NCBI GenBank assembly: GCA_035293285.1
Contig: DATDOM010000093.1
Location: 36,495-100,494, forward strand
Origin: Candidatus Nanoarchaeia archaeon
GTDB taxonomy: Archaea; Nanobdellota; Nanobdellia; Woesearchaeales; GW2011-AR4
DNA length: 64,000 bases
Reading direction: 5' to 3'
Shown: piece by piece, positions 46,975 to 57,689 of the stretch
Position numbering within the stretch: the stretch's first letter is position 1
Layout: each line of letters begins with the position of its first letter
Notes under the pieces: model-generated
Databases searched by the model: none
Told to the model about the DNA's origin: nothing
What the model saw: the letters and a program-made list of their open reading frames with translations, nothing else
Made by a program: the position numbers and the translations under genes

Positions 46975-49269
46975 TTAAGAACCTGATTTTAAATCACTTT
47001 TTCTGAATCTGCCAAAAAATGCAAGAGAAAGAAGCACTAAAATCGTTGCAACTGTTATAATTGCGCCATACATAAATGATTTTGGCTTATAGTCAAATTC
47101 CACAATGCTGTCATTTCCGCTGACATAAACTGCGCTGAAAATTCCGTTTGCCCTGTAAATTCTCTTTTCTTTTCCGCTTATGTATGATTTCCAGCCGGGA
47201 TAAATTGAATACTGCTCGCTCATTATTATAAACCCACTTTCCTTTGATTTTACAAAAAGCCTGTCATTTGATTCATATCTGATGTCAAGCGGCCCGGCAT
47301 CTGTTTTTTCTTGCTTAAGGGAGGAAACTGCCTTGGCAAATTTTTCCTCTGATATTTGGCCTTCATTTGCAAATATGTCTGGCAGAATTTTTTTGCCTTT
47401 GTCTTTCATTATTTTAAGCACAGAAATATCAGCCTCGCTTGGTTGTTTTGCAATAACAAAAATATCCATTGCGTTTAGGGCATCCTGCTCCAAATTGGCA
47501 ATGTTATTTTCCATTATTACTATTGTGTTTTTTTCGTCAAAATTTTCATTTAACATCAAAAAATAAGCAATATTCAGTGCATTTTCGTCTCCTAAAACTA
47601 AAATTGCATTTTGGGCCATTCTTGCCCTTGGCAAAAACTTCTCGTTTTTGTAAAGATACGGCCCGTCTGATTTTCTTGGCTGGCAGACTGGATAATCCTT
47701 GTCATAATCTCCGCACTTCTCAAATTTTTTGACAAGTGAAAACCCTGAAATATTAACTGGAGCCTGGGAGGTAAGGTATTTTAAATTGAGAATTCCAAGC
47801 ATCTTGTCGGGCTCGCTTTGAGCAGCGCTCAGGTAAACCGGCATATAGTTGAAATTCCAGACATTGTCATAGCCGTATACCTCTTCAAGACCCAATGGAA
47901 CGGAATACATGTCAGTCCCCCAGTCAATCCCGTTTGTCTCAACCTGGTTAAACCTGAAAATTTCCTTGTCGTTAGCCATATAATTCATTACCTGGTTTTT
48001 TGAAAGAGGATTTCTTACGTCATCAAACATCATTTTTTCAGGGCCGAAAAACATTGCATTTGCCAAAGCAGCCAATGCAAGCAATAAAACCGCAAAATTG
48101 AGGAAATGCTCGCGCCTGAACTTGAATCTTGATTCCACTGCTTTTGACAAGTTTGAAACTCCAATGCCAATGAGGACTGAGAATGGGAAAATGAAAAGCA
48201 CGAGCACCTTGTATGCCCCCCTTATTTTATTTATGAACGGGAAGTATTGCCACAAAATCTGCATGAGGAAGGACTTTGACAAAAGCAAAATCCCAAACAA
48301 CAGGAGCGAAAAAACCAGCAGTATTTTTTTCTTTTTTGCGCTCTGAAATGCAAATAGGAGAAAAACAAATGAAATGCCGAATGTCGCGAAAAGAAGCGGC
48401 ACAGCGTTCATAAGATTGATTGTGCCGTCACCGACAAGGGCTTCGTAGGAAAGCCCTTCTGCCCTGACATTCAGGGTTTTCACCAAATCTATTGAAGGAA
48501 GCAGCTTTATTGCCGACAGCCCAAAAAAAACAAGCGCAAATACAAGCCCGACAAGCACAACCTTGAAAATTCTTTTGAAAATATTTTTCCCGAAAATATT
48601 CGCAGCCATCAGGAGAAAAATGAAAATTCCGGTAAAAATCAGCTCCTGAGCGCTGCCTCCAAGAAGCAAAAGAGAAAATCCAATCCCTGCAAAAACGGAA
48701 TTTGAAGCCCATTTTTTTGAGCTTAATGCAAGAAGCAAAAACAGCAAAATAAAAGGCAAGAATGCGTACACATTTATCACATTCATGTGACCGCTCCACA
48801 CTTCGCTTACAAGATTTCTGTTGAGCATGTACACTAAAGCAGTAATGAACGAGACCTTTGCGTCCTCTTTCATGTAAAAATACATGAAAAGGTACATTCC
48901 AATTCCTGCGAGGATAAAATGGAACATGTAAGCGAGCTTTAATCCCTGCCACGCTGTAGGCGAAAGCATCAGAATTAGCCAGGAGAAATTAAATGCAGGA
49001 AGCTGGGGCTTTGCAAAAAAAGGCATCCCGCCTAATGTATAAGGGCTCCAAAGAGGAATGTGAAACTTTGAAAGCGACTCTTTGAGAACATAAAAGTTTG
49101 AGGCGTGGTACGCAAAATCAGTGCCTGTTTTTGGAATTCCAACATCCCCCCTCATCTGCACCCAATAATTGCCTGAAAAGTAATCACTGAACACAATAAA
49201 CACAGAAATGAATAAAAGAGCAATGAAGAAAATATGAATCTTGTTTTCCCTGATTTTTTGAAGAATCAT
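46975..49269 (-). CDS. YfhO-like multi-TM membrane protein (putative GT-C)
   Basis: PLWSPY..GGMPF, H..LAG.GMYLF, LYKN..LPRA, YPGW..I.G..IYRANG. Confidence 0.75.
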   Translation of the reverse strand: MILQKIRENKIHIFFIALLFISVFIVFSDYFSGNYWVQMRGDVGIPKTGTDFAYHASNFYVLKESLSKFHIPLWSPYTLGGMPFFAKPQLPAFNFSWLILMLSPTAWQGLKLAYMFHFILAGIGMYLFMYFYMKEDAKVSFITALVYMLNRNLVSEVWSGHMNVINVYAFLPFILLFLLLALSSKKWASNSVFAGIGFSLLLLGGSAQELIFTGIFIFLLMAANIFGKNIFKRIFKVVLVGLVFALVFFGLSAIKLLPSIDLVKTLNVRAEGLSYEALVGDGTINLMNAVPLLFATFGISFVFLLFAFQSAKKKKILLVFSLLLFGILLLSKSFLMQILWQYFPFINKIRGAYKVLVLFIFPFSVLIGIGVSNLSKAVESRFKFRREHFLNFAVLLLALAALANAMFFGPEKMMFDDVRNPLSKNQVMNYMANDKEIFRFNQVETNGIDWGTDMYSVPLGLEEVYGYDNVWNFNYMPVYLSAAQSEPDKMLGILNLKYLTSQAPVNISGFSLVKKFEKCGDYDKDYPVCQPRKSDGPYLYKNEKFLPRARMAQNAILVLGDENALNIAYFLMLNENFDEKNTIVIMENNIANLEQDALNAMDIFVIAKQPSEADISVLKIMKDKGKKILPDIFANEGQISEEKFAKAVSSLKQEKTDAGPLDIRYESNDRLFVKSKESGFIIMSEQYSIYPGWKSYISGKEKRIYRANGIFSAVYVSGNDSIVEFDYKPKSFMYGAIITVATILVLLSLAFFGRFRKSDLKSGS

Positions 49270-49282
49270 TTGAAATTATCGG

Positions 49283-49840
49283 TTATATTTTCTCAAGGTG
49301 GTAAATCGTGTTTATGTGCCAGTAATCTATCACTTTTTTTATTTTGAAAAGGCCTGTCTTTTTGATAATCTTAAGCCATTTCTCTTTCCTGTATTCTGTA
49401 AGGTGGGTGCAGTGCCATTCTCTTCCAAATGTTTTTTCCCAGAAAAACCAGAATAACTTGAAAAATGTAATGTTATTTGGAGTGCTCATCACAAAAGTTC
49501 CGCCTGGCTTAAGCACCCTGTGCACTTCTTTTAGAGCTTTTACGGGATTGCTTACGTGCTCAATGACTTCTATTGCAGTCACAACTTGGAATTTCTTGCC
49601 GGGAAATGGCATTTTCATCATGTCACCTATAGTGAACTTGAACTTAACCTTTCTTGGCTCGATGTCCATTCCCTGCCCGTATCCCAAAAATGTGAGAAAA
49701 CTTCCTTCCTTCATGCAATTGGCAGGCGAGCCGCAGCCGATGTCCAAAAGATTTTTTCCTTTTTCTTTCACAATGACTTTTACTATTGTGTACCTTCCGT
49801 AGTGGTGCTTTTTTCTCAGCCAATTAACAGGGTTATCCAT
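49283..49840 (-). CDS. Class I SAM-dependent methyltransferase
   Basis: LLDIGCG, EVIEHV, RVLKPGG. Confidence 0.88.
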   Translation of the reverse strand: MDNPVNWLRKKHHYGRYTIVKVIVKEKGKNLLDIGCGSPANCMKEGSFLTFLGYGQGMDIEPRKVKFKFTIGDMMKMPFPGKKFQVVTAIEVIEHVSNPVKALKEVHRVLKPGGTFVMSTPNNITFFKLFWFFWEKTFGREWHCTHLTEYRKEKWLKIIKKTGLFKIKKVIDYWHINTIYHLEKI

Positions 49841-49882
49841 TTACAGCAGCATCTTATGATTTATTTAAATAATTTACCATTG

Positions 49883-50049
49883 GGCTTCACCCAAAAATTC
49901 GCTCCGCTCAGGTTAGCGGCTTCAAAGTTCACACAACTATTCTTCAAGGGCTGACATTCCCCGGATGGGGCAACCCCCTTGTCATCTTTTTTGTTGTTCG
50001 TTTTTGGAACTTTGACCTGATGCCGCTAACCCTTTTTTTGGATGAATCC
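49883..50049 (+). mobile_element. Family B element, copy B5
   Basis: Outer IR 13/15; perfect ggttagcggc/gccgctaacc and tcaaagttc/gaactttga stems; shared core; 7/9 DR ttaccattg/tcatcattg. Confidence 0.75.
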
Positions 50050-50094
50050 TCATCATTGCAAAAATATATAAACAATTTAATTCGTAGACCACTA

Positions 50095-52059
50095 ATGCCA
50101 AAATTAAGAAAAATACTGCTTATTGCGCTTACACTAGGAGTTCTTTTTTTCCAGATTGGGCAGATTGACTGGAATTCAGCCTACAGGTCTGACTGGGATG
50201 TGTGCCTTGACTACGTAAAACAGGGAACTCTTTTTTCAGGCCAGCCCCACTGCGCAAGCGGGATAGTCTTGTTTTACACTGCATTCATCTTCAAGTCAAT
50301 ATTCGGCAGCTTTTACCAGACGGCGCTCAGAGTTTTTGTCCTGGCAGTGCTTGCAATAGTGATATATCTTATTTACAGGATAGCCAAGATAGAATCCGGA
50401 AAAGACGATTTTTGGTTCATACTTCTTGTTTCTTTACTGCTTTTGTTTCCGCAGTCAAACACAACCAACCTTGAAAAAATATGGTCGATGCAGTATTTGC
50501 TCATAGGATTTTACTTCCTTTATTACTCAAGACTGAAATTCAGCTGGGCTTTTAGCGGGATTTTTTTTGCCGCAGCAATATTCTCGTCCATGCAGTCTGT
50601 CATAATCCTTGCAATACTTGCTTTTTATTATCCTTTCCACTCGGAGGCCATAAAAATAGTCCTCGGGGAAAAAGCGAAAATGTCCATAAGCCCAAAAAAA
50701 TTTTACCCTCTTCTTAAGGCAATAGCCCTCATACTTCTGGTTTTTGTCATTATATGGATAAGATATCCAAAAATTCTTGACTACAGCCTTCTTGCGCACA
50801 GCACAGACCCGCTTTACGGGTTTTTCGAGGCTGCAGTTCACCTGCTCCCCTCAAAATACCTTGACTCAAGGCTTTTTGTATTATACATAGCAATTTTGTT
50901 TTCAGCCTATGAATTCTTCAAAGGCAAAAAAGTGTTTGCGCTTGCAGGCGGGCTTGGGCTTCTTACAATATTTTATGTAATACACAAGGGGCCCGGAGGC
51001 ATGGGCTTTGGCAAATACACTTTTCCGGCAATTCCTTTTTTCATCATAACACTCGCTTTGGCAAAAAGCAGGCTGAAAAAACACGGCTACAAAAATGCCT
51101 TTTTTTACGCAATCCTGTTTTTTGTGCTTGTTTTTCCGTCAATAGAAGAGCATAAAGTTTCGACTCTTTTGTATGATGACCTTGCAATCACGCTAAAAGA
51201 TTTTCAAAAAGAAGTGGGATACGGAATCCACTTTATCCCAAAGCAGGATAAAAACATACTTTTAGACAGCGCAAACCTGCTTTTGGACTATGATTATCAG
51301 GCAGACCCTTCAAAGATAACTGTTGCAGGAGACACTATTGAGCAGCCTACAATTGATGAATGGTCAGGCCCAAGGCTGCAAAAACTCGGGATAACTGATC
51401 TTTCAAAATGGAAACCTTCAGCCGAGGTTGCTGCGGCTACTGCCCAAAAGCAGGAGGAGGAAATAAACAAAATCAGGTCTGAAATTGAAGAGGGCAAGTA
51501 CAGCCTGATACTTTACGGGCCAAGAGGCAGCTCAACTATGATAGCGCAGGCAATGATGAGGCTTAATTCGAGCGTAACTGCCAAGTACTGCACAATTGTA
51601 TTTCCAAACCTTGAGCATACTCCCCAGACAGGAATGCACATTGCTTATGCCCTGATGTCGAAATCTCAGGATTGCCAGCAGACTGCGCAGAAAATGTTTG
51701 GCTACTACAATAATGCATTTGAGCACATATGCAAAAAAAGCAGGTTTGCCGCAAATAACGTCGTTGCATTCGTTTTTGGCAATTTTTACGGGGTCAATAT
51801 GGGAAAAACGTGCCAGAAAGGCGGAAATTTCATTGAAAATTTCAATCACCATCCATTGTTTCCCCATCACTGGATGCTGGTATTGGGGGTTGTCATACTC
51901 TCGCTTATCGCCTCTTTATACTATGCCCATAAGGACGAAACTGCAACAAATAATTTTAAGAAATGGTGCTGCATTATTATTGCAGTTCTTGTCATAATTT
52001 TTATCTACCTGTTCATAACCGCAAAATCAGACCTTGGATATTTCATGAATTTTGCCTGA
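50095..52059 (+). CDS. Multi-TM membrane protein (possible GT-C)
   Basis: About a dozen hydrophobic segments; start MPKLRK after a TATA at ~50065. Confidence 0.65.
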   Translation: MPKLRKILLIALTLGVLFFQIGQIDWNSAYRSDWDVCLDYVKQGTLFSGQPHCASGIVLFYTAFIFKSIFGSFYQTALRVFVLAVLAIVIYLIYRIAKIESGKDDFWFILLVSLLLLFPQSNTTNLEKIWSMQYLLIGFYFLYYSRLKFSWAFSGIFFAAAIFSSMQSVIILAILAFYYPFHSEAIKIVLGEKAKMSISPKKFYPLLKAIALILLVFVIIWIRYPKILDYSLLAHSTDPLYGFFEAAVHLLPSKYLDSRLFVLYIAILFSAYEFFKGKKVFALAGGLGLLTIFYVIHKGPGGMGFGKYTFPAIPFFIITLALAKSRLKKHGYKNAFFYAILFFVLVFPSIEEHKVSTLLYDDLAITLKDFQKEVGYGIHFIPKQDKNILLDSANLLLDYDYQADPSKITVAGDTIEQPTIDEWSGPRLQKLGITDLSKWKPSAEVAAATAQKQEEEINKIRSEIEEGKYSLILYGPRGSSTMIAQAMMRLNSSVTAKYCTIVFPNLEHTPQTGMHIAYALMSKSQDCQQTAQKMFGYYNNAFEHICKKSRFAANNVVAFVFGNFYGVNMGKTCQKGGNFIENFNHHPLFPHHWMLVLGVVILSLIASLYYAHKDETATNNFKKWCCIIIAVLVIIFIYLFITAKSDLGYFMNFA

Positions 52060-52945
52060 TTTTTGCTACTGCCTCACTAAGCCCTTCGTCAATGCTGATT
52101 TTCGGCGCCCACCTGAAATCCTTTTTCATTTTTCCCATATCGGCGCAGCTTCTCTTTATTTCTGCGCCCGTGTTTTTATCTGTTTCATGGACAGTTATTT
52201 TTTTCTTTAGGATAGCCCCGAGCTTTTCGGCAATGTCTTTTATGCTTGTTTCAACTCCCGATCCAAGATTGTAAGTGCCGCTTTTGCTTTCTGAAAAATT
52301 CAAAAACGCGTCAGTGACGTCTTTTGCGTGGATATAGTCCCTTGTTACCGAACAATTTCTTACTTTAATCTCATTTGAATTCAGCGCAGATTTTACAAGA
52401 TGCGGTATTATCCTGTTAGTCTGCGAAGGCCCATAGAGGTTGAATATCCTGAAAACCAGAAAATCAATGCCGTAAAGCTTCGAATATGATTCAATGAATT
52501 TTTCGGCTGCTATTTTTGAGGCTGAAAAAGGCTCAAGAGGCGACAGGGCAGATTCTTCATCTGTCGGCACAACTTTTGCGTTGCCGTAAACTGAGCAGGA
52601 ACTTGCAAAAACAAATTTTTTTATTTCTGATTCCTTGCAAAGCTCGAGAAGATTGACAGTTCCAGTGACATTTGAATCCAGGCACTTCTGGATGTCTGCA
52701 ATGCAGTCATAAATATTTGCAACGGCAGCAAGATGAAACATGCAGGAGGCGCCTTTGACATCATCCTTGAATTCAAGAAGGCTTTTTGAAATATCGGCCT
52801 GCATAATACTGACTGAGCTGTTTTTTATTTCCGGCTGGCGCTTGGCAAAAGCCTTCACTTCCATCCCTTTCTCCAAGAGCCCGCTTACAAGAAACTTTCC
52901 AAGAAATCCCCCAGCTCCGCTAACAACACAGCTCCCTTTGCCCAA
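52043..52945 (-). CDS. NAD-dependent epimerase/dehydratase
   Basis: GAGGFLG, SSCSVYG, RIFNLYGP; catalytic YxxxK reads FSASK. Confidence 0.8.
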   Translation of the reverse strand: MGKGSCVVSGAGGFLGKFLVSGLLEKGMEVKAFAKRQPEIKNSSVSIMQADISKSLLEFKDDVKGASCMFHLAAVANIYDCIADIQKCLDSNVTGTVNLLELCKESEIKKFVFASSCSVYGNAKVVPTDEESALSPLEPFSASKIAAEKFIESYSKLYGIDFLVFRIFNLYGPSQTNRIIPHLVKSALNSNEIKVRNCSVTRDYIHAKDVTDAFLNFSESKSGTYNLGSGVETSIKDIAEKLGAILKKKITVHETDKNTGAEIKRSCADMGKMKKDFRWAPKISIDEGLSEAVAKIRQNS

Positions 52946-53009
52946 ATTTAATCATTTCCAAAAAAATCAAAAACCTTTAAATATGTTTCTACTTTGCAGA
53001 AAACAATCA

Positions 53010-54455
53010 ATGGAAAGTGTAGTTGTACTTGGTGCAGGCCCTGCCGGGATGATGGCAGGATATGAGTTAAGCAAGCATAAAAAAAAATGCGTGGTTTTTG
53101 ACAAGCAGCCTTTTGTCGGAGGGCTTGCAAGAACTTTAAAATTTGACGATTTTCTGACTGACATTGGCCCTCACAGGTTTTACAGCAAAAAGCCGTACCT
53201 TTACCAGATAATCGAAGAGCTTTTGGGTGACGACTGGATTAAAGTAAACCGCCTTTCAAGATTTTATGTAAACGGAAAATTCTACAAATACCCTGTTGAG
53301 CTCATACCAACCTTAATCGGAGTCGGGCCATACAAGGCATTCAGGATGGTTTTTGACTATTATTTTTCGAGGACAAAGTCCATGATAATCAAGAAAAAAC
53401 TAAAGTCCTTTGAGGATTACGCGATAAACAACTTCGGCTGGACTCTTGCAAAATTCAACATGCTGGATTACACTGAAAAAATATGGGGAATACCCTGCAA
53501 TAAAATGTCGCCTGACTGGGCGCTTCAGAGAATCGGCGGCCTGTCTGTTTATGTTGCAATAAAAAATGCGGTAATGAAAGGAATGCAAGGCAGCAAAAAA
53601 GGCCCGGCAACTCTTGTCGACACTTTCTATTACCCGAAATACGGAGCAGGATTCCTTTACCAGAAAATGAAGGAAAAAATAGAATCGGACGGAAACAAAA
53701 TAATGCTTGATTCTGAGATAGTGAGGGTAAACCACAGGAAAGGAAAGGTAACATCAATCGAGGCAAAGACAAAAGACGGGATAAAAACATTTGAATGCTC
53801 CCACTGCATTTCATCAATTCCAATCACACTGCTTGCAAGAATAATGAATCCTGCGCCCCCAAAGCATGTAATCGAGGCTGCAAAAAAGCTAAAGCACAGG
53901 TCCCAGATATACATCTTCATTGAGCTAAACAAAAAAAGCGTGACAAAGGACAACTGGGTATATTTTCCTGACAAGAACATACCTTTTGGAAGATTCTATG
54001 AGCCAAGAAACTTCAGCAAGGCAATGTCTCCAAAAGGAAAAACTTCTTTGATGGTGGAATACTTCTGCTTTGAAGATGATGAGCTTTGGAAAATGGAAGA
54101 CGAAAAGCTCTTTGACTTTACAATCAAGGAACTTGAAAAACTTGGTTTCATCAAGAGGAAGGAAGTGATAAAGTGCTATTCGCACAAGGAGAGATTCGTC
54201 TATCCGCTCTATACACTTGACTATAAAAAATACGACATAACAATAAAAAAATACCTCAAGTCATTCAAGAATCTTTATTACATAGGGCGGGCTGGCAGGT
54301 TCAAGTACCACGCCCAGGACATAGCGCTTGACACAGGAATATTTGCGGCAAAAAGCATAATTGAAAAAAGAAAATACAACATAGACAATATCGGAGAGGA
54401 GAACGAATACGCGGAAAAAGGCATGATAAAAAACAAAAGGCAGAACCTTGACTGA
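53010..54455 (+). CDS. FAD-dependent oxidoreductase (UDP-galactopyranose mutase-like family)
   Basis: GAGPAG, VGGLART, DIGPHRF, FYYPKYGAG, GRAGRFKY. Confidence 0.8.
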   Translation: MESVVVLGAGPAGMMAGYELSKHKKKCVVFDKQPFVGGLARTLKFDDFLTDIGPHRFYSKKPYLYQIIEELLGDDWIKVNRLSRFYVNGKFYKYPVELIPTLIGVGPYKAFRMVFDYYFSRTKSMIIKKKLKSFEDYAINNFGWTLAKFNMLDYTEKIWGIPCNKMSPDWALQRIGGLSVYVAIKNAVMKGMQGSKKGPATLVDTFYYPKYGAGFLYQKMKEKIESDGNKIMLDSEIVRVNHRKGKVTSIEAKTKDGIKTFECSHCISSIPITLLARIMNPAPPKHVIEAAKKLKHRSQIYIFIELNKKSVTKDNWVYFPDKNIPFGRFYEPRNFSKAMSPKGKTSLMVEYFCFEDDELWKMEDEKLFDFTIKELEKLGFIKRKEVIKCYSHKERFVYPLYTLDYKKYDITIKKYLKSFKNLYYIGRAGRFKYHAQDIALDTGIFAAKSIIEKRKYNIDNIGEENEYAEKGMIKNKRQNLD

Positions 54456-54469
54456 GACTTTTAGGCAAA

Positions 54470-56104
54470 ATGAAACTTGACACGGAAAAATTCATCCTTG
54501 TATTTTTCTTCGGGCTGCTCCTTTTTATCGGGCCAGGCACATTATTTGACCACAGAATCCTGCACCCGTTTCCCTATGGCTATTTTTCATCTGATGCCTT
54601 TCAGCACCAGACAAGGGCAGACTGGATAAAGGATGCGGGGAATTTCAGGCACGAGGCAGATTACATATCAAGGGGGCTTCCAAATGCAGCGGCAAGATAT
54701 CCTCCGGTAATTTACCATCTGGCTGTAATGCTTTCTTACAGTTCAGGCATGGAAACTTACGATTCCATTTATTTTGTTGTGATGTTCTTCATGGCGCTTT
54801 CGCCGATTGCAGCATATTTCCTGATAAGAATTCTCAATAAGCAGGTTGCACTGCTCTCACTTCCTTTATCGATATTGATTTTCACCCAGCCCGCGCTTGT
54901 AGGGGTCCTGAACGGACACTGGCCTTCCTTGCTTGCGCAGTCATTTCTTATAGTGTTTGCCTGGTCTGCTGCGAGAATTGAGCTTAGAAACTCCTGGTTA
55001 TTTATGTCCATAATATTCAGCGCAATTTTTCTGACTCACGCATCAGAAGCTGTATTTGGGGGAGTCTTTACAGTATTTTTCTTCACACCTTTGCTTTTAG
55101 CAAGACATGACAAAAATATTTTGAAGAGCCTGTTGGTTTTTGCCGCGCTTACCTTTGCAGTCTGTGCATATTATATTGAGATATTCCTCAATACCTGGAG
55201 AATAACACAGCCCTATGTTTTTGGAATAGAGCCGCTTTGGGACGGCGGATTAGGGATTTACCTGGGCAGTTTTGGATTGCTGCTTGTAATCATTGGAATA
55301 GGATTTTTTCTTTCACTGACAAAATTAAAAGAAATTCATCCGTCTTTTATTTTTGGATATTCAATGCTTTTGGCCGGCTTTATGAATTATGCCGGTTTCG
55401 GCTTCAGGTCGTTTCAGCTAAGGCTGTTCTGGCCGATTTATTTTGCAGTATTTTTTGGTTTTGGAGCATACTTAGCCATCAGATTTTTTTACAAAAATTC
55501 CAGCTTTTACCATTTTTTCGGGCTTTTTGCAGTTTTAACAATAATAATTGCAGGCGTAATCCCGATACCAGGCATTTTGCACTACACTCCATTTCACGAC
55601 AACGGCATAATGAACCCTTACCACTGGAATGCATTAAAATGGATCAGCGAAAAAACAGAGAAAAACGCAAGCATATACTTTTTTTACGGGGTAATCTATT
55701 CACAGGACGCGCTTTTAAGGAACTCAAAAAGAATACACACCCAGGTTGATACGGAAGGCATGCAGAAATCGCTAGACAAAAAAACTATAGAAAGATATTA
55801 CGTTTCTGAAATTCCCGGAGACAACGGAGGCGGAATCAGGCAGAGGCTTGGATTTTTTAATTACATTGACCTTGAAAAAATCCAGCCAAGCGGACATTTT
55901 TTTGGGCCAATGGACATCTGCTCATTTGATTACTTAGTCATAGACAAGCTTCCCCAGCAAGTTCCCCTCATAAATTATAATTTGCTAATCGCATCAGAAC
56001 TTTTAAAAAATGACTTCGTGTCAAAAGTTTTTGAGAATGAAGTAGTGATGGTGTTAAAAAATGGGAAACCTAAAAGCAGCTGCATCAGGGAAACAACTTT
56101 TTGA
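54470..56104 (+). CDS. Multi-TM membrane protein (possible GT-C)
   Basis: D...H and YPP..H motifs in the first loop; many TM helices. Confidence 0.65.
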   Translation: MKLDTEKFILVFFFGLLLFIGPGTLFDHRILHPFPYGYFSSDAFQHQTRADWIKDAGNFRHEADYISRGLPNAAARYPPVIYHLAVMLSYSSGMETYDSIYFVVMFFMALSPIAAYFLIRILNKQVALLSLPLSILIFTQPALVGVLNGHWPSLLAQSFLIVFAWSAARIELRNSWLFMSIIFSAIFLTHASEAVFGGVFTVFFFTPLLLARHDKNILKSLLVFAALTFAVCAYYIEIFLNTWRITQPYVFGIEPLWDGGLGIYLGSFGLLLVIIGIGFFLSLTKLKEIHPSFIFGYSMLLAGFMNYAGFGFRSFQLRLFWPIYFAVFFGFGAYLAIRFFYKNSSFYHFFGLFAVLTIIIAGVIPIPGILHYTPFHDNGIMNPYHWNALKWISEKTEKNASIYFFYGVIYSQDALLRNSKRIHTQVDTEGMQKSLDKKTIERYYVSEIPGDNGGGIRQRLGFFNYIDLEKIQPSGHFFGPMDICSFDYLVIDKLPQQVPLINYNLLIASELLKNDFVSKVFENEVVMVLKNGKPKSSCIRETTF

Positions 56105-56453
56105 ACTATTAAAAAGAGAATTGCTTTATCTGGCAGCCTGCGCACTAATAATTATTGCCCTGTTCAAAATCGCCTTTTTTAACGAGAGCTTAATCTCAAC
56201 AATAAAAACTGCAATTTCAGTTTTTTGGCTTTTTATGATTCCTGGTTACTTTATCATGCTTTATTGGAACCAAAAACTTGGCTTTACAGAGAGACTTGTC
56301 ATAGGCACAATAATGGGGGCAGCCCTTATTGGAGTGATGAGTTACTATTTTGGGCTGCTCGGAGTTAACATCAAGTTTCATTCACTATTTCTCCCAATAG
56401 CCGTGATTTTGATTTCCCTGGCTTTGAATCTATTGGGCATAAGAAAAGTTTAA
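56061..56453 (+). CDS. Small membrane protein
   Basis: LF.IPGY...L...ERL pattern; four hydrophobic segments. Confidence 0.6.
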   Translation: MGNLKAAASGKQLFELLKRELLYLAACALIIIALFKIAFFNESLISTIKTAISVFWLFMIPGYFIMLYWNQKLGFTERLVIGTIMGAALIGVMSYYFGLLGVNIKFHSLFLPIAVILISLALNLLGIRKV

Positions 56454-56477
56454 ATTTAGGCAATGTGAACTTAACCT

Positions 56478-57494
56478 ATGGATATTCTCATAATCAAGCT
56501 GGGTGCAATCGGCGATGTAATAAGGACAACCTGCATATTGCAGGGCCTAAGGGAAAAATATCGGAATTGTAAAATCCACTGGGTGACTGGAAAGGCATCG
56601 CTTGACACAATACTGACAAACTCTCAGATTGATTTAGTTTCCTTAATAGACAAGCCTGCTGATAAAATAAAGAAATCAAGTTATGATTTAGTCATAAGCC
56701 TTGATGATGAGACTGATGCCTGCAGGCTTGCAACCAGAGTGAAATCAAAAAAAATAATCGGGGCTTATATTGAGGACGGAAAGCAGGCTTATACTGATGA
56801 CTCATCCCTTTGGTTTGACATGGGGCTGATTTCACGGCTTGGAAAAGAAAAAGCAGATTTTCTCAAAAGAAAAAACAAACTGACTTATCAGGAGATTATG
56901 TACAAAATACTCAGGCTTAATTACAAAAAACAGCTTCCTTCACTTCATCTTGTCAAAAAAAATCTCGATTTTGCAAAGAAATTTTCAGATTCAAAAAATA
57001 TTTCAAGAAAACACCCCGTGATAGGCATAAACACAGGCGCCGGCGGCAGATGGGAAGGCAAAAAACTTAGCGAGGAAAAGACTGCAAAGCTAATTGACAT
57101 ACTTAAGATAAAATTCCCTTCCTCATCCATAATACTTTTCGGGGGGCCTGAAGAGAAACAAAGAAACAAAAAAATCATTGGACTTACGAGAGCAAAAGTG
57201 ATAGATGCAGGATGCGGTAACCAGCTAATGGATTTTGCGGCACTTGTAAATTTATGCGATTTGATTGTGACAAGCGACAGCCTTGCGCTCCATATTGGCG
57301 TTGCTCTTGGGAAAAAAATTGTCGTATTTTTTGGTCCCACGAGTTCAAGTGAAATCGAATTATATTCTAGAGGATACAAAATAATACCAAAAGTCGGATG
57401 CCTATGCTGTTATAAGTCAAAATGTGACATTCCCCCTGATTATAATGTTGATGAAATAGTAAGTGCGGTAAAAAGATTAGTAAAAGGTGCATAG
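56478..57494 (+). CDS. GT9 (heptosyltransferase-like) glycosyltransferase
   Basis: IIKLGAIGDVIRT, GINTGAG..W..K, VTSDSLALH, FFGPT. Confidence 0.88.
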   Translation: MDILIIKLGAIGDVIRTTCILQGLREKYRNCKIHWVTGKASLDTILTNSQIDLVSLIDKPADKIKKSSYDLVISLDDETDACRLATRVKSKKIIGAYIEDGKQAYTDDSSLWFDMGLISRLGKEKADFLKRKNKLTYQEIMYKILRLNYKKQLPSLHLVKKNLDFAKKFSDSKNISRKHPVIGINTGAGGRWEGKKLSEEKTAKLIDILKIKFPSSSIILFGGPEEKQRNKKIIGLTRAKVIDAGCGNQLMDFAALVNLCDLIVTSDSLALHIGVALGKKIVVFFGPTSSSEIELYSRGYKIIPKVGCLCCYKSKCDIPPDYNVDEIVSAVKRLVKGA

Positions 57495-57689
57495 ACCACT
57501 GGACATTTCCCGACATCAAGTATTTAAATTAAATCTTTCTAATTTAGGAAAAAAGAAACACGCAAAACTGCTAAATAGTGATTTTTGGTCTTTGACACAA
57601 AAATCAATTATGCAGTTTAGCATAACGTTCCATTTTTTCCTTTTATTCCAAAGTTTTGCAAGACTAGAAAACTTTGGAGGTTAATTAAA

